64,000 bases of DNA from Hemiscyllium ocellatum (Eukaryota), in assembly GCF_020745735.1 (NCBI RefSeq), contig NC_083412.1, positions 74,366,320 through 74,430,319 on the forward strand. Reading direction: 5' to 3'. The notes under the pieces are model-generated. The model saw nothing but the letters and a program-made list of their open reading frames with translations, was not told the DNA's origin and did not search any database. Positions 25,896 through 38,270 of this stretch are shown here, in pieces; within the stretch, counting starts at the first letter, position 1, and every line of letters starts with the position of its first letter. Made by a program: the position numbers and the translations under genes.

Positions 25896-26959
25896 GTAGA
25901 TTTTACAAAATGTCTCTTCATAATTTAACCTCTGAAATTCAAGTATCATTCAGGTAAATTATTACTGTGCTTGTTTGAACGGCAACACACCTTTCCTAAA
26001 GTGTGCGCCCAGAACTGCTCACAGTGAAAATGTAGTTTAGTAAGAGATTTTTGCAGTGTCCCATAGCTACTACCTCTTGTATTCCAGTCCTCTAGATAGA
26101 AAGACCTGAACTCTAATCTCCTGCCACAATTCACAGATATAGGCATCGAAGATAAGAGCAGGAATAGATCATTCAACCCCTTGATACTGCTCCATTATTC
26201 AGTGATTGTGAATGATCAATCAGTTCAATACCCTAATCCTGCCTTCCCTATTAACCTTTGATCCATTTAGACACAAGAGCTCTAACAACTTCCTTCTTGA
26301 AAATAATGTTTCGGCCTCAACCACTTTCTGTGGTAATAAATGCCACTACTCCTTAGCTGAAGAAATGTCTCCTCATCTCAGTCCTAAAAGGTTTATCCCT
26401 TATCCTTAAACAATGACCCTGATTCTGGGCTCCCCCATCTACATCTAGTCATAGAGTCATGGAGTCATACTGCATGGAAGCAGAGTCCTTCATTCCAACT
26501 CATCTATGCTGACTAGGTTTCCCAAACTAAACTAGTCCCAGTTGCTTGCGTTTGGCCCATAGTCCTGCTAAACCTTTTCTTTCATGTACCTGTCCAAATC
26601 TCATTTAAATGTTGTCATTTACCTGCATCAACTACTTTCTTTGGCAGTTCATTCGATGCACCCTGTTGGAATTTTATAGGTTTCTATGAGACCCCTCTAA
26701 TGCTTCAAAATGCCAATGAATACAATCCTAACTGTCTCAATCTGTCCTTGTATGTCAGTCCTGCCATCCCAGGAGTCAATTTGGTAAACCTTCACCCCAC
26801 TGCCATTATAGCAACAAAAGTACTCGGATAAGGTGACTAAAAGTACACACTATATTCCAGGTACGGCCTCACCAATGCCCTGTATAATTGTAGGAAAACA
26901 TTCTTGTTCCAGTACTTGAATCCTCTTGTTACAAAGGCCAAAAAAAAACAGTTTATCTT

Positions 26960-27635
26960 GCAAGGTTTGTGAAGGTTTGTAGCTCAGGTTGAGGTTTAGG
27001 GTGTAGGTTTGCTCGCTGAGCTGTAGGTTTGATATCCAGACGTTTCATTACCTGGCTAGGTAACATCATCAGTGGCAACCTCCAAGTTAAGCAAAGCTGT
27101 TGTCTCTTGCTTTCTATTTATATCTTTCTCCTGGATGGGGTTCCTGGGGTTTGTGGTGATGTCATTTCTTGTTTGTTTTCTGAGGGGTTGATAGATGGCT
27201 TCTAGATCTAGCGTTTCTTTATGGCATTGGAGTGCCAGGCCTCTAGGAGTTATCTGGCATGTCTTTGCTTAGCCTGTCCCAGGATAGATGTGTTGTCCCA
27301 GTCGAAATGGTGGTTTTTTTCATCTGTGTGTAGAGCTACAAGGGAGAGAGGGTCGTGTCTTTTTGTGGCTAGCTGGTGTTCATGTATCCTGGTGGTTAAC
27401 TTTCTTCCTGTTTGTCCTACGTAGTGTTTGTGGCAGTCCTTGCATGGAATTTTGTAGATGACGTTGGTTTTGTCCATGGGTTGTACTGGGTCTTTTAAGT
27501 TTGTTAGTTTTTGTTTGAGAGTGTAGGTGGGTTTGTGTGCTACTAGGATTCTGAGGGGTCTTAGTAGTCTGGCTGTCATTTCTGAAACTTCTTTGATGTA
27601 TGGTAAGGTGGTTAGGGTTTCTGGCTTTGGTCTTC
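26960..27635 (-). mobile_element. Penelope/Poseidon-type PLE 3' fragment (GIY-YIG endonuclease and pLTR), relatively young
   Basis: ORF 27250..27579 NVIYKIPCKDCHKHYVGQTGRKLTTRIHEH...HHFDWDNTSIL. TSD tttatctt (26952-26959 and 27636-27643). Confidence 0.92.
27036..27075 (-). ncRNA. Minimal hammerhead ribozyme with intact core
   Basis: CCA-CUGAUGA-uGUUACCU agcc AGGUAAU-GAAA-CGUC-UGG. GUC cleavage triplet, palindromic ACGU at stem III. Confidence 0.82.
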
Positions 27636-28519
27636 TTTATCTTCTTTACTCCTGGCTGCATCTGCGCATGAAGTCACATGGATCTTGTTGAACATCCCCC
27701 CCGCTACCCCATCAATTTTCAGCCTTCAAATAATAATCTGCCTTCCTATTTTTGCGACCAAAGTGGATAACCTCACATTTATCCAGGTTCAGCCTGTCCA
27801 AAGTAACATTTCCATGTGCTCCTCACAGCTCACTCTTTGTTATCTGGAAAACCTCAGATGTTACATTAGTTCCCTCATCTGAATCATTAACATGTATTGT
27901 GAATAGCTGGGGTCCTAGTACTGATCCTTGTGTATCCTATTAGCCTGCCATTCAGATAAAAGATCCATTTATTCTGACTCTTTGGTTCCTGTCTGCAGTC
28001 CAACGTTCTATCTATTTCAGTAGACTCACCCACTTCTATGTGCTTTAATCTTATGTAATAATTTCTTAAGTGGGACAAATAAATCACATCCACTGACTCC
28101 TCCTTATCAAAGATACTAGTTACATTTTCAAAGAATTCTAGTAGACTTGTCAAGCATGATGTCCCTTTTGTAAATCCATGCTGACTGTGTCTGTTTCTAT
28201 CACTGTTTTCTAAGTGCTCTGCCAGAAAATCCATGTTATTAGACTTGAGCATCTTCCCCACTACTTATGTCAGACTCAGTGTCTATAATTCCCTGTTTTC
28301 TCTCTACCTCTCTTTTTAAGTTATTGGGGTTACATTAACTATGCTCCAATCTGTTGGAACTGTTTCAGAGTTTAAAGAATCTTGGAAGTTGACCACCAAT
28401 GCATGCCATATTTCTAGGACCACTACCCGAGTACTCTGGGATGTTAGCTATCAGGCCTTGGGGATTTATTAGTCTTCAATTCCATCAGTTTCTCCAAAGC
28501 TTCTTTGACATCCAGCATT

Positions 28520-29360
28520 ACCCACATCCCTTGCGTGAATTGTAAAATATGACATTTTTGTGTGTGTGTCTATGACATTTTAACGGTTTCTATACATGGA
28601 ATCTCAAGTTTCTTGAGACCCGCACAGTTTTGAGCTTTGATCATATGCCAAATCTCATCTGTCCTTTCTACATACAAAGTAAATGATCTCACATTTGCCT
28701 ACACTGAAATCCATTTGTGGCAAATTTGCCCATTTCCTTAATCTATTAATCTCTTTGCAATTTTATATTCCGATCTACATTATTTACCACGTGTCATTTC
28801 TCTATGTCATCAGCAAACTCAGGCATATGACTTTCTATTCCATCTGCTTTTTCAGATTTGATGAATAAGTTGAGGCCCCAGCAGAAATCCTTCCAGAACA
28901 CCACTTGTCATTTCCATCAATTGGAGTGCCTGCTCATTGTTCCTGCTCTATCACAGCCAAATTCCTAACTAGGCCAATAATTTATCTTCAGTCCTATAAG
29001 CTTCAAATATAGTTAAAACAATCTTCTGTGGGGAATTTTTTTTATCAAATGTTTCCCAGAAGCCTATAAGGATGACATTTATAAACATTTCCTTGTCCAA
29101 TACTTCAAAATAAATACGTTCAGATATGTCAGGTATATTCTACGTTATACGAACTGAACATTTTCAAGCTGCTGAGCCAGTGAATTCTTGTGTATAAATT
29201 CAAATAATTTTCCAACAAACGATGTAAGATTAATTGTCAATAATTCTCCCGTTTTGCTATCCCATCTTTTTTAAATAGCAGATTGACATACGTAATTTTC
29301 CAATCTAAAAATAAATTCCAAATTAAGGGAAATTTGGACAATTAGCATTAGGTCATCTGC
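28520..29360 (-). mobile_element. Old CR1 LINE fragment
   Basis: tcacatttgcctacactgaaatccattt and tgtcatcagcaaact (KFADD on the minus strand). Confidence 0.65.
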
Positions 29361-31244
29361 TGTTAATTCATTCTAAAGTCTATTGGCAGAAGAGAGGATG
29401 AAAATTGAACTTAACACAGACTATAACTTCAGAAATGCTTGTCTCCTTCCTAAGTGACACTCAGTGCCCCAGAAGTCTCCCTTTATCTGCTTTTCAAATG
29501 CAGATTAAAATAAACCAATCAAACCAAACTAATCAGATCAAAGAATGGTAATCCCTGAAATTGGCACCACACAGAAATGAAAACTTTAAAATAATCTTAG
29601 AATCTAGGTTGGAGAAAATGCACTCCAGTCCCCGCAATGCCCACTATCATAGGAGGCCCCATGGGTGCCCGGAACCAACACATGATCCTTTGCCAAGGGA
29701 ATGCAGACAAGAGCATAACAATGGAAAATAGGTAGGCAGATAGAGATAGCAAACCCTTCTGTGGCCCACTGCCTGGATCTATGTATGAAGACTTTGACCA
29801 GACCAAGAGCAAACACAAGCACAGACCCTCTATGATGTTGACCCCTTTTTGCATTGGGATGTAAGGATCTGCACTGTGGACCTGAGATGGAACCAAACAA
29901 TAAAGCAGTGTCCCATTCAGGAAATAGAAAAGGGCCTACAATCTGGTGCAACAGGTATGCACAGGGGACAGGGACCCCTCAAGGTCCCAGAAAACACAAG
30001 CAGCCTTTGAATCCATGAAGCATTTTAGTTTTACATTGCATGCAACTTCCACCATGCCAAATACACAAAGGTGAATAGGAGAACTCCCATCTATATAACC
30101 TCCCAACAGTGACCTCTGTCACCTCTGGACAGCAGAATGGAATGACGTAGTACGTTTGGATGGTTGATGATGGTAAGGATGTGGAGGGAATGCAGTAGCA
30201 GCTCATATAGTATAACCCTGCTCTCCCGAGCAATGGTACAGAGAGAATTTCTGTGAGAAGGCTTAAATTGTGGGATGTCAGTAAATATTTATTTATTTGT
30301 GGTGAATGTGCTTTATCAATCAATACCCTCCATCTATATATCCTTTGTCTCAATAAAACTATTATCATGCAATTAATGTTTAAAAGCTTGGGAAGGAAGC
30401 CATCTGGTCTTGGGATTTGTCATGGTTATTATGTCTTCTTATTTTCTTCCACGCTATTATATTGTCTGTGTTAATTATGGTGAATCCAAACCAAATCAAT
30501 ATTAGATTCTTTGGGAGGTCTAGTTTATTGACCTCTTCTTGTTCTGTAAATGCAGCCAAAACCCAACAGGCATGGACCATGCCACAAAGCGGTAATACAT
30601 GGACTATTAATCTTTAATTCCATTGATTGAGTTAACATGTGGGGCTTTCATTTGAAAAACACACCTTTAAATGAGCCAGCACACTGTGATTAAGCTGTGT
30701 TTTCAAACTCTGATTCTTTTAGAAGTTGAATACATCACAGACACATAGAATTCAAATTTAAAAGGAACTTAAAGGGCCACAGCATGCAATTGGGAAAGCA
30801 AAAAATTGTAATTTAGAAGGAACTATCTCTTAAAAGAACAATTAGCTCACATCAATGAAAGCACCACTGGAAGCCCAAGCAACTAAAGAAATGTTGAAGC
30901 ACATATTTCTTTTTGCTTGTGGACTTAAACGTATTTCTAATTTCCTGCTGTGATTTGTTCTGTTTGTATGCCTGCTATTGTATGAGTATGTTGCAGAATT
31001 TGTCAGATATTACCTTTTAATGATGTTTACATTTATCCCTGAGTTTTTAAAAAGTAAAACAAGCCTTTAATATGTTAATGAAAGATGTCTGATTGGCTTG
31101 GTTAGCCAGCTAGTCGCTGATTCACTTAAACATTGTCAAGTATATATTGAAGTGAAAGAAAAAACAGCAAACTACATAATTATCAATCTCAGTAGTGAAA
31201 AGCCGGAAATTTATTCATCCCTCCGATCTTAAATATAAACACAG

Positions 31245-32200
31245 ATATTGTGAGCAGGAGTAGGCCATTCAGCCCTCAAGCCTGCTCTCCCATTCAATAA
31301 GATCATGGCTGATTTGATTGTATCTCCAAATCAGATGTCCCATTTAACCTTTCATCCTCTTGCTCAATAATAATCTATATATCTCTGCCTTAAAATATTC
31401 AGGGTCTCTGCTTCTAGCACCTTTTCAGGAAGCGAGTTTTAGAAATTCATGATCCTCTTAAAATCCAAAATCATTTTTGCTCCATTCTATTTTAAACTAG
31501 TGGTACCCAATTTTTAAACAGACCCCCTAGTTCTACATTCTCTCAAAAGAAATTCCCCACATCCAGACAGTGAAGACTCTTCAGGATTTTATATGTTTCA
31601 ATCAAGCTGCTTCTTACTGTTCTAAATACCAAGCTGAGGCTGATCAACCTCTCTTCAAAAGATAACCCTCTCATTCCAGGTATTAATCTGGTAAACACTC
31701 TCTAAACTACCTCCAATGCATTTACTTCCTTCCTGATATAAGGTAACCGATATTATGCATAGTACTCCAGATGCAGTCTCACCAATGCCTTGTCTAACCG
31801 AAGCCTAATCTCTCAACTCGTGGAAGAATTTAAGATATTTTGAATCAACCTGTTCTGGGATGTTTTGACATGCCTCTAGAACAGATAGGATTTGTGGTTT
31901 TCTGGCCAGGAGGTAGGGACAGTACCGCTGTACCACAAGAGCACGTGAACTTGTATTCAGTTCTGCTCCAATAAATTCTACAATAAATTCTAATTAATTA
32001 CTACAGGCTGACCTGTTGTGATTCATGTATGAGGACTCTCAGATTTCACTGCATCTCAGCCCTCTGCAATCTCTCACCATTTAGATAGTTCTTGTTATTT
32101 TTCTTGCCAAAATAGATAGTTTCACATTTCTCACCTTTTACTCAATTTGTCACATCTTTGTCCATTCACTTAACCCATTTATAATGTTTTGTGACTTGGT
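31245..32200 (-). mobile_element. Old CR1 LINE 3' fragment with a nested short SINE
   Basis: gagcaggagtaggccattcagccc...caataagatcatggctgat tail plus decayed ORF2 end. Confidence 0.75.
31830..31942 (-). mobile_element. Short tRNA-derived SINE
   Basis: Minus strand gctcttgtggtacagcggtactgtccctacc (A-box-like head), interrupting colinear CR1 sequence. Confidence 0.5.
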
Positions 32201-32206
32201 CATAGA

Positions 32207-32560
32207 AGATTAGATTAGATTCCATACAGTATGAAAACAAGCCCTTTTAGCCCAACAAATCCACACCGACCCTCTGAGGAGTAACCCACCCAGACTCATT
32301 CTCCTACCCTATATTTACCCCTGATTAATGCACCTAACACTACGGGCAATTTAGCATGGCAAAGTCACCTGATCCACAGGTGAGAGATCCACACATCTCT
32401 GTTTTTTTGTGGGAGGAAACCAGAGCACCCAGAGGAAACCCACACAGACTCAAGGAGAACGTGCAAACTCCACTCAGGCAGTCACCCAAGTCTGGAATCG
32501 AACCCGGGTCCCTAACACTGTGAAGCAGCAGTGCTAACCACTGAACCACCATGCCGCCCC
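32207..32560 (-). mobile_element. HE1-type V-SINE
   Basis: Reverse complement head gggcggcatggtggttcagtggttagcactg, B box ggttcgattcc and (aatct)n tail. Confidence 0.9.
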
Positions 32561-32619
32561 AAGCAACTGACTATTCTAACCTCCTTCTCTTCATCTTGGG
32601 AGTATATCCATTTCAGTGT

Positions 32620-34910
32620 TGATGGAGGTGGTGGGGATGTGAGTGAATATCCTGACAGCAAGACAGCATTTGTGGAATAAAGATACCTTGGCAAAATTGA
32701 TGTCAATGGGAAACAGTGTGAAACTCTTGACTAGTTGGATTCATGTCATATTGAGCATAAAGTAGATGAGTTATTTTTGGAGACTAATCATTCAGGAAAT
32801 CTCTGCACAACTTCCTCAGGGTAGTGTCCTAGGCCCAACCATCTTCAGCTGCTTCATCAATGACCTTCTCTCCATCATAAGCTCAGAAATGGGGATATTC
32901 ATTGATAATAATATAATGGTTCAGTACCATTCACAGCTCCTCAAATTCTGAAACAGTCAGTGTGGTCTATTTGGACCAAGAACCAGGGACAGAATCCAGA
33001 TTTGGGCTGATAAATGGCAAGTGATATTTATATTACACAAATGCCAGGTAATGGCCATTTTTAACAGGAGAGAATTGAATCATCCCTGATTCAATGGCAT
33101 TACTATCACTGAATCTCCCACTAACATTGACTAAAAACTGAACTGGACGAGACATGTAAATATTTTCGTCATTTATATAAATGATTTGGATATGAACTTA
33201 GGAGGTATAGTTAGTAAGTTTGCAGATGACAACAAAATTGGAGGTGTAGTGGACAACAAAGACTACAATGGAATCTTGATCAGATGGGCCAATGGGCTGA
33301 GGAGTGGCAGATGGAGTTTAATTTAGATAAAGAGGAGATGCTGCATTTTTGGGAAAGCAAATCTTAGCTGGACTTATACACTTAATGATCAGGCCCCAGG
33401 GAATGTTGCTGAACGAAGAGACCTTGGAGTGCAGATTCATAGATCCTTGAAAGTGGAGTCGCAGGTAGATAGGATAGTGAAGAAGATGTTTGGTATGCTT
33501 TCCTTTATTGGTCAGAGTATTGAGTACAGGAGTTGGGAGGTCATGTTGCGGCTGTACAGAACGTTGGTAAGGCCATTTTGAAATATTGCGTGCAATTCTG
33601 GCCTCCTTCCTATCGGAATAATGTTGCGAAACTTGAAAGGGTTCATAAAAGATTTACAAAGATGTTGCCAGGATTGGAGGATTTGAGCTATAGTGAGAGG
33701 CTGAATAGGCTGGGGCTGTTTTCCCTGCAGTATTGAAGGCTGAGGGGTGACCTTATAGAGGTTATAAAATCATGAGAGGCATGGATAGGATAAATAGACA
33801 AAGTCTTTGCCCTGTGGTGGAGAAATCCAGAACTAGAGGGCATATGTTTAGGGTGAGAGAGGAAAGTTATGAAAGGGACCTAAGGGAAATCTTTTCAACA
33901 GATGGTGGTGCATGTATGGAATGAGTTGCCAGAGGAGGTGGTGGAGGCTGGTACAATTGCAACATTTAGAGTCATAGAATCATAGAGATGTACAGCATGG
34001 AAACAGATCCTTCCGTCCAACCCATTCATGCCAACCAGATATCCCAACCCAATCTAGTCCCACCTGCCAGCACCCAGCCCATATCCCTCCAAACCCTTCC
34101 TATTCATATACCCATCCAAATGCCTCTTAAATGTTGCAATTGTACCAGTCTCAACCACATCCTCTGGCAGCTCATTCCATACACGTACCACCCTCTGCGT
34201 GAAAAAGTTGCCCCTCAGGTCTCTTTTATATCTTATTTAAAAGGCATCTGGATGGGTATTTGAATAGGAAGGGTTTGGAGGGATATGGGCCATGTGCTGG
34301 CAAATGGAACTAGATTAGTTTAGGATATCTGGTCGGCATGGATGAGTTAGACCGAAGGGTCTGTTTGTGTGCTGTAATTCTGTATGACTCTATGACTCTA
34401 AGAGTAGGTCAGAGGTTAGAAACCCAGCTGTGATTAACTCAATCCCTCACTCCACAAATTTGCTTCACCCTGTACAAGGCATAAATCTGGAGTGTAATGG
34501 GATTTTTCCATTTGCCTGGATGAATGCGACTCCAACAACACTTAAGAAGCTTGTCACAATCCAGGACAAAGTAGCCCATTTGATTGGGATGCCAAACACT
34601 GGCTTAACCATTCACCACTAATGCACAGTGGCACTACTGTACACCATGAAACACTGTGACACTTATTTAAGCTTTCTCAACAGCACCTTCCAAACTCTTT
34701 ACCACCACATACCTTTCTCACGTGGAATTTTATCACCGTTCCTTCACCTTCATGGGATCAAAATCCTGGAGCTCCCTTCCCACAGCACAGTGTTTGTACC
34801 TGCACCAGATGGGCTGTAGCAGTACAAGCAGGTGGCTCACCATCACCTTCTCAAGGGCATTTAGAGTGGGCAGCTTATGCTGGCAGCATTCCTCACATTC
34901 CATTGAATAA
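32620..34910 (+). mobile_element. Family-B LINE (RT) split by a CR1/HER1 insertion
   Basis: ORF 32766..32951 PQGSVLGPTIFSCFINDL. The LINE resumes at ~34402 and ends ~34910. Confidence 0.75.
33165..34400 (+). mobile_element. CR1/HER1 LINE 3' part with an antisense HER1 3' end nested at 33969-34234
   Basis: agtaagtttgcagatgac (KFADD). ORF 33533..33736 YCVQFW...LERVHKRFTKMLPG. (ctatgact)n tail. The nested piece is flanked by attta. Confidence 0.88.
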
Positions 34911-35849
34911 AAGAGAAACTCTACTGCAATTCTCCTTGAGGAGACAATATCCTGAATGTTCATCTACAGTATTTTTACATCTGATCTGAATTCCATCCAC
35001 TCTTGATCATAACTGAAGTCTAATCTTATCAAAATCTTGAAAGTAATTGCATTATTGTCATGTCAAAATAGTATTCTTTCTTTGACCTTCAAAGAAATGA
35101 AGAGTGCAAAAGGATCTTTCTATATTTGTTGGCTCTAGCTAGATTTCTGAAAAGCATTCAAACTAAAGTTCCACGAGCATTCGGTTTACATATTTCATGA
35201 GAACATTCCCAGCAGAGGGATAGGGTAAGACGTTACATTATTCCAAGTGCCAACTCAATTAAAATAATTCATTCTTTGTGAGTTCTGAAGAGATTGTCTG
35301 CACATATGTTTACTTGCCCTCTGTTATACAGTTTATGCTTACCACATTGGCATCTATATATAATTCAATTGTAAGGGACTCTGTTCAACTTATGCTATTT
35401 ACAATTCTCTATAGATGTAGTAGAGACCCTGTGAAGATGTTTTTATATAGAATGCTTCTGGTGGGGTTAATAGCTTGACCTGGAAGCTGTTGTCAGGGCA
35501 ATTGGCCAAATAAAGATGTTAAGAAGCTTAAACTCTAATGTAAATATAAAGCCATTTGACTTCTGATGTATACATATAAATATCAGACCTGATGTGACTG
35601 CATTGTGTAATCATCTAGGAATTAAAAAATGTGGTGTCCAGAATTGTTATGACAGCATTTAAAAGTGTGCAGCGGTAAGAAAGACCAGGGACTCTGTTTG
35701 CTGCCACAACAATCTGGACCTGCTGTTCACTCTTTATCACCAGCTGTGCCCTCTGACATGCCACATGTTTAATAATTATCAGTACAGAATGTGTCTTGTT
35801 TCAAGTGCAGTCAGTACTGATATACACGGTTGCTGCTTTTCCTAATATG

Positions 35850-36277
35850 TTCATGGGATGTGGGCATCACTGCATGGCTGGTATTTATTGTCCATCCCTA
35901 ACTGTCTTTGAAGAAGCAATGTTAAATACATCTGCAATTCATGGTTTGAAGATACTTCCATAATGCCAATCAGACTAAACGTCTTGCTAGCTCATTGAAG
36001 AAGGCAGTTAAGAGTCAACCAAATTGTGGATTTTGAGTCATATGTAGGCCTTGCCTGGTTAGGATGGCAGGTTTCCTTCTCTTGAGGATATGAATAAACC
36101 AAATGGGCTTTTGCAACAACCCATTGATAGTTCTCATGGATATCAGTACTGAAATTGGATTTTAAATGCCAAATTATTTCTATTTGGTTAAATTCATTGC
36201 ACACATCCCAAGTAACTCATTAGTTCAGATGTCCAGTTTACAAGTCCAGCCACATAACAGTTAGGCTACATCTCCCA
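35850..36277 (-). mobile_element. tRNA-derived SINE sharing its 3' tail with the family-B LINE
   Basis: Core aggcagttaagagtcaacca...gagtcatatgtaggcc...ggatggcaggtttccttc is the reverse complement of 40840-40930. More decayed copy at ~36870-37150. Confidence 0.65.
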
Positions 36278-37419
36278 CTGTACAGCAGACATGCCATTCT
36301 CTGGTCATTTTGTCCTTTGGGGAACTGAAATTCCATAGAAACCCTACTTATATTTCACTATAACTTTTATGAGACCCTGATGGAAAATTGTGAATGAGAT
36401 AGCTGGCAGAGTGAATGGGCAATCAGATGGCTTGGCAAGGGGTTCCTCTGGCCATTGTCTATCCATCACCACCAGAATTTATCAATGAGGCTTTTATGTA
36501 GCCTGAGTCAGAGAAGGTAGGTTCTAATTGAGCCTTCCATTTGGACACTTCCTAAATAGAAACCTTCTTCCCCCAAGTGATGATAGCAACCACTCCAGAT
36601 TTCCCTCCATCCTACCCACCAGCCTTATAATGCGAGATCGCACAAAAACAGAATTATTGTGTTAAATCAGAACTGACTATAAATTAGTCTGTGTTCAAAG
36701 TCTGAGTAAATAAACTATTTACAATCACCTGACTCATTTCTTTCTATCTTTTAAAGGTCAGGTCTTAACCTTGCTCAATCTTATGCTTGTGCTTCACTGG
36801 TAAGACGGGAATTTTTAGATCCTCCAAAATTTGCCTTAAGAATATGGCAGTGAGTCTTTATTGTAGTGGTTAGATGTAACTGAGTGGCTTGTAGGACAGT
36901 AGAAAACTAACTATGTTGGTGTTGGATAGAGTCTGATATATGGCAGACTGACAGTGGATGGCCATGTTCCATCATTAAACCACATTGGCACACCTACTGG
37001 GTTTAAACAACAATTCAACAGATTCAAGGTCACACTTACTGATATTATCTCTTAATTTCCAAATTGTTTAAGACAACTGGAATTTTAAAAAATCTAAAAT
37101 TGTGGGATTTGAACTCACTCTCAAAACACACCATAGCTACCAAACTGCTAAGTCTGTGCATGATTTCGTAAAGGAACCCAAGAAAGAACTGGAAGATCCT
37201 CAGCATCAGTGGATCTCTCCAGACCTACTCTACAGTAGCAACTGAGCAGTTTCAGCATACAGCCATTCTGCAACCTTCCTTATGGAAGTAGCAAATGCGG
37301 ATTGAACTTTGCCTCTACTCAAAAGGTTCTAAAAACAAGAGTACATCAGCAAGCTCTTATACGTACTGACAAGAATAATCTAACCTTGTGTATCAAGAGA
37401 AAACAAGTTAAACAATAAG

Positions 37420-38270
37420 ATGTTTAGGATTGGTCATACATCATATAATCAGAAGATTATTATAGAGGGAAGTCATTCAGACTACTGTAAGACCAACTCA
37501 GCTAATCCTGTTCCTCATCTATTCTCCACAAAGTCCTTGAAAATATTTTCTTTTCAGATGCTCCCCTTTGAAAACTACAGTTACTTTTCCCTCCAACACA
37601 CTCTTAGTGTGTTTCAAATCTTAACCACTTGCTGCATTTAAAGGTCTCACCTTATGTTGGTTAGGTTCTTCTGTCAATTGCATTTCATTCTTAACCTGGA
37701 ATGGCTTCTCCTTATCTACTTTGTCCAGGTTCCTCATAATTTTGGCACTTCTATGAAATTTCCTTCCAACTTCTCTTCTCTAAGGAAAACAATTCCAACT
37801 TCTCAAATCCATCTGTAGAATTCAAGGCTCGAAATCTGGGAACCATCCTTGCAAATTTTTCAGCACTCCTTCTCACACCTGTATTGTCCTTGCTTTTGTG
37901 TTCTCTATGCATCAATGTTTCAAGCTCATGATCTTCAAGTGTCGTTTAACTGTTTTCTCAACCTGCTATGTCACCTTCAACAATACAGGTACCTATATCT
38001 CCAGGTCTGCAGGAACTGAAGTACCTTATCTCTCACCACAACAACATTTTAATATTAATTAATTAATTCTCTTTTGACCATCTGACATTTGCTACAGTAC
38101 TTTGTAAGGGATGTATCACTGATTAATTTTTTAAATTACAAGTAGTTAGCTTGTTTTGATTGGTTTTTAGAAGAGCATGTTTCCAGGTCCCTCTGCAAGC
38201 TCTTTAGAATGGGAACCTTAAAGTCGTTTGCCTGCCTTTGTTCTTTTTACTCAAACATATCACTTCACGT
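37420..38270 (-). mobile_element. Very old CR1 LINE 3' fragment
   Basis: Decayed tctcttctctaaggaaaacaattccaacttctc and related CR1 segments. Confidence 0.5.

Larger units (their letters stand above)
26135..28510 (-). mobile_element. CR1 LINE interrupted by a HER1 tail (~26446-26660) and a PLE (26960-27635)
   Basis: ORF 27887..28261 HLEN...SQHGFTKGTSCLTSLLEFFE.VT...SVDVIYL. Confidence 0.8.
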
